Assembly (NCBI GenBank): GCA_038108555.1
Contig: JAYNIA010000012.1
Span: 1-53,419, forward strand
Length of the DNA stretch: 53,419 nt
Source: Nitrospinota bacterium
GTDB taxonomy: Bacteria > Nitrospinota > Nitrospinia > Nitrospinales > VA-1
Direction: 5' to 3'
The notes under the pieces were generated by a model. That model saw only the letters and a list, made by a program, of their open reading frames with translations, was not told where the DNA came from and did not search any database. Below, one piece after another: positions 1 through 7,504 of this stretch. A program made the translations under genes and the position numbers. The stretch's first letter is position 1. Each line of letters starts with the position of its first letter.

Positions 1-72
1 TTTGACCCAAATCCTAACATAGGCATTGGATCAGTTTATTGGGGGCAGGCCAGTGGCGGGTTTTCAGTCTAG
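1..72 (+). CDS. 3' end of an unidentified CDS entering from the left edge (partial)
   Basis: Frame 1 is open from base 1 to TAG at 70-72 (FDPNPNIGIGSVYWGQASGGFSV*) and ends just before a strong hairpin. Too short to identify. Confidence 0.3.
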   Translation, partial: FDPNPNIGIGSVYWGQASGGFSV

Positions 73-78
73 GAGAAT

Positions 79-117
79 AAAAAACCCCTCTCCCCTGGAA
101 AGGGGGAGAGGGGTTTT
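79..117. terminator. Intrinsic terminator downstream of icd, probably bidirectional
   Basis: Perfect 15-bp inverted repeat AAAACCCCTCTCCCC (81-95) / GGGGAGAGGGGTTTT (103-117) with a 7-nt loop and T-tracts on both strands. Confidence 0.8.
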
Positions 118-192
118 CGCTTCTTTTGCCATTCTAACCGGGTTGATACCGGTTATATGTTATGAAAGGCAATGAATAAACTTTGACAAAGT

Positions 193-1635
193 TTATTGGC
201 CTTGCCCCAGAGAATATCCTCTTTCTCCACCAAAACTGTAGAGATTTTCAGTTTTGATAATTTCAAGGCCGCCCTTCACAACATCATTTTGTAAATTTAC
301 CAAATCCTCACCATTGATGGTATTGCCGTTTTTAGGCAAGAATCGGCAACGCCAATGGTCGGTACAGAATGTTAGTGGATTCCCGTCTGGGTAAACCTTA
401 ACGCCTCTATTCGTGATCATGAGTAACTCAAGTGTAGAATCTTTAGTAGCGTTTTTGAGTTTCTCACCCAACGTATCGGGGTTACGGTCTTCCACGTCCA
501 AGAACAAATCAACTCCGTCCAAAGTTTTGGCGGGTTTTTCAATATCTTTTAATGTGACTTCTATTCTCTTGGATTCTTTTGGATAGCTAACCGCTTTTAA
601 TTTAGTTGGTTTTTCGCCCATTCGCTTGATCACTTCATCTGCGAATTCAGAAGTACCAACTTTCATGCTGCTATGATTTTCATCATAGATGTCATAGGTA
701 TGAACTCCATCTTCCATAGCTTTTAACCAGGCATTTTCAACTTTTTCGGCAATGTCATTTTTGCCCATGTAGTTCAGCATCTGAATGCCGCCCATAAGAA
801 GTCCACTGGGGTTAGCCAGGTTTTGACCAGCGCGCCTTGGAGCCGAGCCATGAATGGCTTCAAACATCGCGCATTCCTGACCTATATTTGCAGAACCCGC
901 CAGACCCACTGAACCGGCAATTTGAGCTGAAACATCAGACAATACGTCGCCATAAAGATTTGGAAGAACTATGACATCGAAGTTTTCTGGAGTGTCAGCA
1001 AATTTTGCTGATCCAATATCAATGATCCAATGTTCGGATTCAATGTCAGGATACTCTTCTGCAATTTCAAGGAAAACCTTGTGGAAATGTCCATCGGTGA
1101 GCTTCATGATGTTGTCCTTGGTCATACAGGTTACTTTTTTGCGGCCCGCATTTTTAGCGTACTCAAAAGCAAATCGACAAATTTTTTCAGTTCCAGGACG
1201 GGTGATGAGTTTGAGGCATTGATAAACCTCTTGAGTTTGTCGGTGCTCAATCCCTGCATACAGGTCTTCTTCGTTTTCCCTGACGATAACGGTATCCATT
1301 ACGGGATGTTTTGTTTGCACGTAAGGGTGTAGAGATTTTACGGGGCGGACATTAGCAAAGAGTCCGAGGGTCTTGCGAACCGTTACATTAAGACTCTTGT
1401 AACCTCCCCCTTGAGGAGTTGTAATTGGTGCCTTATAGAAGATCTTATTGTTAATTAATTTATCCCAATCTTCACTTTTGATACCTGCAGTATTGCCCTG
1501 TTTGTATACTTTCTCACCAATCTCAATCACATCGTATTCGAGATCTGCGCCTGCTGCGTTAATTATTTTCAAGCAGGCCTCCATAATCTCTGGTCCAATA
1601 CCATCACCGTGTGCAACTGTTATCCTATTTGACAT
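193..1635 (-). CDS. icd: Isocitrate dehydrogenase (NADP-type, with C-terminal extension)
   Basis: 480 aa. Motifs GDGIGPEI, KAPITTPQGGGYKSLNV, RENEEDLY, KDNIMK, NLYGDVLSD, FEAIHGSAP and C-terminal FCTDHWRCRF...YSLGQG. AAGGAG RBS upstream. Confidence 0.93.
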   Translation of the reverse strand: MSNRITVAHGDGIGPEIMEACLKIINAAGADLEYDVIEIGEKVYKQGNTAGIKSEDWDKLINNKIFYKAPITTPQGGGYKSLNVTVRKTLGLFANVRPVKSLHPYVQTKHPVMDTVIVRENEEDLYAGIEHRQTQEVYQCLKLITRPGTEKICRFAFEYAKNAGRKKVTCMTKDNIMKLTDGHFHKVFLEIAEEYPDIESEHWIIDIGSAKFADTPENFDVIVLPNLYGDVLSDVSAQIAGSVGLAGSANIGQECAMFEAIHGSAPRRAGQNLANPSGLLMGGIQMLNYMGKNDIAEKVENAWLKAMEDGVHTYDIYDENHSSMKVGTSEFADEVIKRMGEKPTKLKAVSYPKESKRIEVTLKDIEKPAKTLDGVDLFLDVEDRNPDTLGEKLKNATKDSTLELLMITNRGVKVYPDGNPLTFCTDHWRCRFLPKNGNTINGEDLVNLQNDVVKGGLEIIKTENLYSFGGERGYSLGQGQ

Positions 1636-1673
1636 AATATCTCCTTAAAACTCCAGTTATATGATTGGCAACC

Positions 1674-1897
1674 CTATGGATAAACAGGGATGCCAAACGC
1701 AATGTTAAAGGGAAAAGTGATTCCCAAAGATGCAGTAAGATATATAGAGGAATTGGCCTCGGGCAAGGACACTCGCATGGCAACCTGCGCGTCAAGGATA
1801 CGCTGACCGCCATAACTCCCACTAAGGTCGCTCCTCCAATGGAGAGCCCCGCCATTTGTCGAACCAAAACACCAGAAAAACTGTTGTATGATGGCAT
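1674..1897 (-). pseudogene. sbtA: Frameshifted 3' remnant of an SbtA-family sodium-dependent bicarbonate permease
   Basis: One frame reads MP...GVLVRQMAGLSIGGATLVGVMAVSVS. After a frameshift near 1790 another frame reads AMRVSLPEANSSIYLTASLGITFPFNIAFGIPVY, the characteristic SbtA C-terminus. The 5' part of the gene is missing. Confidence 0.8.
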
Positions 1898-2113
1898 GCA
1901 TCATAACTGGGTTTTGAAATTCAATCAAATATAATGAGGCTAAACCTCTATAATTTTCTTACTTTATTTGAATGGTCGAAAATTAATGGTCTGCCTTTTT
2001 AATTTTCCTGGTAAATCCAATTGGCAAACAATACATAAAATGGTGATAGCTTACAACATAAATCAACAGCTTATAGATGTTTTTTTGATAAAAACGATTG
2101 TAGGATTTTAACC

Positions 2114-2154
2114 CATTGATTTTATCAATGTTTTTTTTCGTTTTTATCAATGTT
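2114..2154. promoter_or_regulatory. Putative LysR-type operator upstream of the sbtA remnant/icd
   Basis: Perfect palindrome CATTGAT-TTT-ATCAATG (2114-2130) containing T-N11-A. TTTTATCAATGTT is repeated at 2120-2132 and 2142-2154 (22-bp period). Confidence 0.4.
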
Positions 2155-2253
2155 AGACCCTAAAATATAGGAAAATCTAGCTCTTCAATCCCAATTTCCA
2201 AAAACAAAATAATTGCCAATCAATAAATCCGGGAAACAGAGGTGGTTTGAGGC

Positions 2254-2289
2254 AAAAAAAATAGCCCCCGAGGAAAACCTCCGAGGGCT
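2254..2289 (-). terminator. Intrinsic terminator after the LysR gene
   Basis: Imperfect GC stem AGCCCCCGAGG-AAAA-CCTCCGAGGGCT followed on the minus strand by an 8-T run, about 40 nt after the stop. Confidence 0.6.
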
Positions 2290-2328
2290 TGCAAATTTGC
2301 TAATTTACTTTTCTTATTTGGGAGTGTT

Positions 2329-3216
2329 TTAATTTTTCCATTTGAAGCTTTCCATCAGACCCATTGCAATTGGGTTTTGAAACTTCCTGGGGCTTGTGAC
2401 AAGCCAAAAATCTTCTGTTAAAGCTTTGAGTGTTCCAAGCTTCACCAGCTTTTTTTCTTTTACAAGTTCAATTCCTGCAAATTCTGGTAGAGGAATTAAG
2501 CCCATTCCTTGAGTCCCCAGCAATTTTTGAATGCTGGTATCCTGAGTTTCGATTACTGTGTCGACACTAATTCCATGGGCGTGGAAAAAATGATTCAAGT
2601 CGTGTCTGAACTTACTATGTAAAGATGGCATGATAAAAGGTTTTCCTTGAAGCGAATGTGGGAAATTTTTCTTTAGCGCCTGAAACGTTTTGGTTCCATA
2701 TACGGCCACGGGATATTTGGCCAGCAACCGCGAGAAATACTGTTTTGAGCTTCCTATGGTGGGAGGGGAATTGGATATCACCAGATCGATTCTATGGGCA
2801 AGAAGTTCTACAAAAAGATGGTCTGCTGAGCCTTCTTCAATGGAAATTACGCTAGGACCTAATTTTTGGGCAGATTGAATTAAAGATTGAACAAGTCTTT
2901 TAGGAACACTGTCGAGAACTCCAAAATGGACGTGAACTTTTTTTGAAAAGGTTCCATCCTTGACCACCTCAACAAGTTCATCGCCTAAGGCAAAGATTTG
3001 ACTTCCATAATCGAAGACCACTTTACCGACCTCGGTCAGGATTAATGACCTGTTTCTTCTTTCAAAAAGTTTTTGATTAAAAAACTCCTCCAGATTTTTA
3101 ATCAAGGTGCTGATTGTTGGCTGTCCAATTCCAAGTTTTTTTGAAGCGTTATTAATGCTTCCCTCTTTGGCTGTAAACCAAAAATAATACAGGTGATGGT
3201 AGTTTAACCATTCCAT
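2329..3216 (-). CDS. nhaR: LysR-family transcriptional regulator, NhaR-like
   Basis: N-terminus MEWLNYHHLYYFW...EGSI..AS..L.I.QPTIS is typical of the NhaR subfamily HTH, followed by an LTTR effector domain. Start moved to ATG 3216, which has a GAGG RBS; the track ORF starts at 3267. Confidence 0.82.
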   Translation of the reverse strand: MEWLNYHHLYYFWFTAKEGSINNASKKLGIGQPTISTLIKNLEEFFNQKLFERRNRSLILTEVGKVVFDYGSQIFALGDELVEVVKDGTFSKKVHVHFGVLDSVPKRLVQSLIQSAQKLGPSVISIEEGSADHLFVELLAHRIDLVISNSPPTIGSSKQYFSRLLAKYPVAVYGTKTFQALKKNFPHSLQGKPFIMPSLHSKFRHDLNHFFHAHGISVDTVIETQDTSIQKLLGTQGMGLIPLPEFAGIELVKEKKLVKLGTLKALTEDFWLVTSPRKFQNPIAMGLMESFKWKN

Positions 3217-3385
3217 GTTTCTACCTCTTGTATTGGTTTGTCTTGTTATATAGATTGATATTTTCAAATAATTATATAGAAATTATCGAATTTTAATAAT
3301 TTCATTTTTAGAATATATTTCTTTCAAAAATTTTATGAAATAAAATTAATAAGCTCGTAAGTGATGTTTCATTTGCTTGCTCCAT

Positions 3386-3449
3386 GGGCGGGGGTGGTTT
3401 CCTCCTTGCATCCCCGCCCCCTCCTTCCCATCCCCCCCCCCAAAAAAAA
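3386..3449 (+). ncRNA. Candidate small RNA/hairpin with an anti-Shine-Dalgarno loop (boundaries and strand uncertain)
   Basis: 11-bp stem 3386-3396/3409-3419 with loop GTTTCCTCCTTG, a second CCTCCTT at 3420-3426, then C10A8. It is a GC-rich patch in AT-rich intergenic DNA divergent from the LysR gene. Confidence 0.35.
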
Positions 3450-3511
3450 TATTTTTTTCCTTAAATACCTCTATAAAGCAGTACATATATCTGTAGCTTG
3501 CGGATTCGGCA

Positions 3512-3537
3512 TGCTATAATTTCGGCAATTCTATAAT
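3512..3537 (+). promoter_or_regulatory. Putative sigma70 extended -10 promoter for the 3616 gene
   Basis: TGcTATAAT at 3512-3520 and a second TATAAT at 3532-3537, about 80-100 nt upstream of the start. Confidence 0.4.
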
Positions 3538-3615
3538 GATATCGCGGTAATCCCACTCTTTCTGGATTCTATTAATCGGTTCTATTTTTGCCGAATTTGA
3601 GAGGAGATCAATGTC

Positions 3616-4401
3616 ATGAGTCAGGATAATCCTGGAGCAAATCGTTTTTCAATTGCCAAACTAGTTCTATTAATTTCAGGTGCTGCAATCCTTTTGACTT
3701 CTGCAATTGCTTTGATTGCAGCCATAGGCGTTAATAACCAAACATTTCTACAAACCTCCGACCGAGTTTTTACGTCTATTCTTCCCTTGGTGAGCACCTG
3801 GGTTGGAACCGTTATGGCCTTCTACTTTTCAAAGGACAATTTTGATGCCGCACAGCAAAGCGTTAGAGATACTTACAAAGATATGTTTCAAGATCGGCTC
3901 AAGTCCAAAAAGGTGGAAGAAGTAATGATTCCCTTCGAAAAAATTACCGGGATGACTATTGATCCCGACGATGATGGTGGGGCAGGAAAAATCAAAATTC
4001 TGGAGCACCTTATTAAAAAGCTCGAACCCGGAAAAGTTACACGGATCCCCATTTTTTCAAAAAGTAAATTGGGGAAATATATAATCCATGAAAGCTACCT
4101 GTATAAATATATTTCGCAAATTCCTGTAGATGCTACTATTAAACCGGAAACCGCTACTTTCAAAGATTTTTTAAATCATGAAGAAAATGGTAAAAAATAT
4201 GGAGATTTAATGACAGGGGCCGTTGTTTTTGTTTCCTTAAATGATTCACTTTCAGAGGCCAAAGAGAAGATAGAAGCCCAAGGGAAAAAGAACGCACCAG
4301 TAGGTTGTCAGGATGCTTTTGTGACCGAAGATGGCAATAGTACTTCTCCGGTACTTGGATGGCTCAGTAACAGTGATGTGTTAAAGGTTATTCAAGGATG
4401 A
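3616..4401 (+). CDS. Membrane protein with two N-terminal TM helices and a C-terminal CBS-pair-like domain
   Basis: 261 aa with GAGGAG RBS. Hydrophobic segments LVLLISGAAILL... and ILPLVSTWVGTVMAFYFS. CBS-like elements VEEVMIP, TRIPIF, FVSLNDSLSEAKEKI, VLGWLSNSDV. Confidence 0.65.
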   Translation: MSQDNPGANRFSIAKLVLLISGAAILLTSAIALIAAIGVNNQTFLQTSDRVFTSILPLVSTWVGTVMAFYFSKDNFDAAQQSVRDTYKDMFQDRLKSKKVEEVMIPFEKITGMTIDPDDDGGAGKIKILEHLIKKLEPGKVTRIPIFSKSKLGKYIIHESYLYKYISQIPVDATIKPETATFKDFLNHEENGKKYGDLMTGAVVFVSLNDSLSEAKEKIEAQGKKNAPVGCQDAFVTEDGNSTSPVLGWLSNSDVLKVIQG

Positions 4402-4449
4402 ATTATTTTTATTCGAAATTCAATCCCAGCTTGTGGTTTGGTAGGATAC

Positions 4450-4617
4450 TTAATAATCTAAAACCGTCTTCACGGAGGAACGGGAAGACGGCTCAGAAAT
4501 CAGTTGGAGATAAATGAACCATTTTTTACACGTTATCTCTGATGCAGTAAGCACGCGATCCCAAATGGCACCATCATAGACCAGTCCATCAAAGTGCCAT
4601 TGAAGCTGCCGCATCAT
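4450..4617 (-). pseudogene. Short remnant carrying a LamG-like jellyroll C-terminal motif
   Basis: 55-aa ORF below the track cutoff, containing HFDGLVYDGAIWDRVLTASEI, which resembles the LamG consensus F.G.IDEV.I..RAL...EI. An in-frame stop lies 8 codons upstream. Confidence 0.45.
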
Positions 4618-4792
4618 ATTCAATAAATCTGAACTGGATCAGGTAATACCCACATCCTCCCTTTCCGATCCGCGCCCTCCTAAGATAATTTTAAAATTAA
4701 AACTAAATAAAAAACGTAAGGCCCCAGGGCCAGGAAGCCCGGCGGTAAAACACTTAAAAAAACCAACGTGAATTTTCGTAAAACAGCTTTTT

Positions 4793-5791
4793 TTATCTGA
4801 GAGCAGAAGATTCTTTTTTCCGTCTCAGGTTATCTGCTGCATCACTTATAAAAGCGAAAATAATTCCTAGGAACAATCCCATGAACACACCAATTGAAAT
4901 GATTAAAAATTTTCTTGGTTTTATGGGTGTAGTAGGTGGGATGCTGGGTTGGGTAACGGTGACCACATGGATTTTAAATTGTGAGGAAGAATCTGACGTT
5001 ACAGATTTGATTGCTCGAGAGAGTTCATCCGCTTTTAATTTTTCGGAACGCAATTCTTCTTCAAGAACTTTTTCTCCCAACAGAAACCACTTGGGTTGGC
5101 CAGCACCCGCTCTTGCATGCTGGAAATTATTTTCGATGACATTAAACTTTTTAGTTAGCGCTAATTGATTGTTCAAATGGTCGATTTGGTTTTTGAGATC
5201 TTTTTCCAGTCTTTCAATAGCCGGTGTTAGGATTTCGGTGCGAATATTTATTATGGCGGTTTGATAAATTGAATCGAGGAATTCGGCCATAGCCTCCGGT
5301 TGGCTTCCAACCATCTCAAGATAAACAGGTTTGCTGAACAATTTGTCAATTGCCATTATGTCTTGTTTGACTTTGATTTTAGAGTTTAAATCTAAAATCA
5401 TGCTTTGAGGTGTTTCATTTACCTTTGGGCTTTTGAATTTTTTAAAGAAATTACCTTTTTTAAATACAGCCTCCTGATGATTGAAAGATAAAAGTCTTTC
5501 CAGAAAAACTTTATATAAAGATTCACGGGTTTCCTTCAGAATTCCTTCCGGGAAAGCTTTTGGAAGAACAGTGGTTTTTGGTGGTAAAAAGCCGACCCTT
5601 GCTACATACACCTGGGGGGTCAGAAAAACATAGCTTGAGGTCATTAATATAGAAAAAATAAGCGTTAGGAAGACCAGATTTTTTTTTCGGATTAAAACTT
5701 CCAGGCATTCCGTAAAATTAAAACCGTTTTCTTGATTGGATGTATATTGAGGTTCAGATTTTTGAGGGGAAGTGGTTTCTTTGTCTGTCAT
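4793..5791 (-). CDS. wzz: Polysaccharide chain-length determinant (Wzz/PCP family)
   Basis: 332 aa: N-terminal TM followed by TPQVY.A, a coiled-coil middle, and Pro-rich PSIPPTTPIKPRK before a Gly-rich C-terminal TM (GVFMGLFLG). Confidence 0.85.
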   Translation of the reverse strand: MTDKETTSPQKSEPQYTSNQENGFNFTECLEVLIRKKNLVFLTLIFSILMTSSYVFLTPQVYVARVGFLPPKTTVLPKAFPEGILKETRESLYKVFLERLLSFNHQEAVFKKGNFFKKFKSPKVNETPQSMILDLNSKIKVKQDIMAIDKLFSKPVYLEMVGSQPEAMAEFLDSIYQTAIINIRTEILTPAIERLEKDLKNQIDHLNNQLALTKKFNVIENNFQHARAGAGQPKWFLLGEKVLEEELRSEKLKADELSRAIKSVTSDSSSQFKIHVVTVTQPSIPPTTPIKPRKFLIISIGVFMGLFLGIIFAFISDAADNLRRKKESSALR

Positions 5792-5888
5792 AAATTTGCT
5801 CGGGAAATTCGAAGAACAAGATACTTTTTGTTGCGGAGTATTGGAATTCTAAACGGTCTGGGACTTGCCGTCAGTTTTGCTAAGGCCT

Positions 5889-5917
5889 ATTTTACTATGG
5901 AATTCATTTTTTTCCAA
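5889..5917 (-). promoter_or_regulatory. Putative sigma70 promoter for wzz
   Basis: Minus strand TTGGAA-N17-TAAAAT about 100 nt upstream of the start. Confidence 0.4.
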
Positions 5918-6051
5918 TAAGATACCGGGGCTTATCTTCAATAAGCAGGGAGGCCAAAGTGATTTTTTTGCGAAAGGGCTCTTCTCACTATTTATGTTTT
6001 TTTAATATTTCACAAAAAAGATGGTGCTTGGGTTGTATCAAAGATTGAAAT

Positions 6052-7299
6052 TTATTCGGAGTTTTTTATGGGTTTGAGTTTGATAGAATTTTCCTTCAAT
6101 ACGCTCGCAATCTTTTCAGCTATCAGCCGATTATATCCAACGGCATAATGTCCGTCTTTAGGGACATTTCTCAATATTGGAGGCAACTTTTCCCCTGGAT
6201 CTTCAACGTCTTTCTTCCATTCATTTGCATCGATGTGAATAATTGAAACCCCAAATTTTTCTCGAGCTTCCTTTAAAAAGGGTTTGTAGGCACTAAAACG
6301 GTCAATAAGCAAAAATACGAAATTGTATTCTTTTGCCAGTTGGGCATATCTGCTAAGTGTGTATTCAAAAACGGAATCAATTATTGGAAAAGCCTTTGCA
6401 TCGCCTGGCTCAGGAAAATATTCCTTATTGTGCTGTGGGAAATTTTTATCCATTAGATGTTTTATCCTGCGGTTCAACGTTGCTTTGTTTATGACATGAT
6501 TTTCGGGGTCCGTTTTATTTTGGGCGAAGGAGGCACCCATGAATTTTTGGGCTTTCAATTTAAGTTCCTCAATGATTGCCAAGGGTTTGATAATTAGAAA
6601 ATATTCCAAACTATCGTAGCCTGCTGTCAAGGCCCCTCCGGGATAGGAATGTTTTTCAGCTTGTTGAAAAACCATTCCGGGCAAGGGTTTAATGAGTTTT
6701 ATTTGTTTTGTTTGGTCGTCCCACCAAAAACAGGGAATTAAATTATCGGTTGGTTTCCTCTCTCTGAAGCATAGAGATCGATTCCAAAGCCCATGGGTTA
6801 AATAAATTACAACTGAAGGGCGGATTTTTTTTACATACCTTTCAAACAATAATAAGGTCGATCCCGAACCATAAGCAGGGATACCCATATTTGTTACGGG
6901 GAAATTTATTTTCTGGGACAAAAGATATGGAAATGTTTCCTCATAATTTACGCCATAGCCGAAAGTCCAAGAATCTCCAATAGCTGTGATGGACCCCGGT
7001 ACGACATTTTGGTTTGTTGTGATATCTCGAAAACCCATATTATTAGTGTAAATTTTGCTGTCAAAATAAGTTTCCCCTGTAATGAAATTGGTTAAGGATA
7101 GGCACGAGGATGTGTTTTCCTTTAATTTCCAGCCAAGTTCTGCGTCAAGTTTTCCATAGGAACCGCAATAATTATATGAGAAAGTAAGTTTGCGAAAAGA
7201 ATAAAATCCAATGCTTACAATTATTGGCACTAAAATAATAATCAAACCCATTAATAAGTAAAAAACTCTCTTTTTTTTCTTTGAAAGTGTTTTCGGCAT
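6052..7299 (-). CDS. Membrane-anchored SGNH/GDSL hydrolase-family protein (possible polysaccharide O-acyl modification)
   Basis: 415 aa with an N-terminal TM, TNNMGFRD, block I GDSWTFG, NMGIPAYG and C-terminal DGHY (D-x-H). Confidence 0.8.
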   Translation of the reverse strand: MPKTLSKKKKRVFYLLMGLIIILVPIIVSIGFYSFRKLTFSYNYCGSYGKLDAELGWKLKENTSSCLSLTNFITGETYFDSKIYTNNMGFRDITTNQNVVPGSITAIGDSWTFGYGVNYEETFPYLLSQKINFPVTNMGIPAYGSGSTLLLFERYVKKIRPSVVIYLTHGLWNRSLCFRERKPTDNLIPCFWWDDQTKQIKLIKPLPGMVFQQAEKHSYPGGALTAGYDSLEYFLIIKPLAIIEELKLKAQKFMGASFAQNKTDPENHVINKATLNRRIKHLMDKNFPQHNKEYFPEPGDAKAFPIIDSVFEYTLSRYAQLAKEYNFVFLLIDRFSAYKPFLKEAREKFGVSIIHIDANEWKKDVEDPGEKLPPILRNVPKDGHYAVGYNRLIAEKIASVLKENSIKLKPIKNSE

Positions 7300-7504
7300 A
7301 ATTATCTTGGCATAAAAGGACCTGCGACTAATTATATTATTCTCTCAAAGAATTTTTATCAGTTTTTGAAGTATAAAGCCATATGCATTATCAGTTTTTT
7401 TAGAGTCTTCACTGGAGGAAGTACGCAGTTTCATATTTCTCTTTTTAAAACCCGTTAGACAAGCTTTAGCGGGTTTATTATTTTCCACTTCAAAATAAAT
7501 TTCT

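Noticed and set aside
1625..1934. Three overlapping short ORFs (1625-1897 -, 1665-1934 +, 1674-1928 -) as real small genes
   Set aside because: The two minus ORFs are the halves of the sbtA remnant, and the plus ORF is their antisense shadow.
4741..4750. GGCGGTAAAA as an ops/JUMPstart element
   Set aside because: It does not match GGCGGTAG, and it lies downstream of and antisense to wzz.
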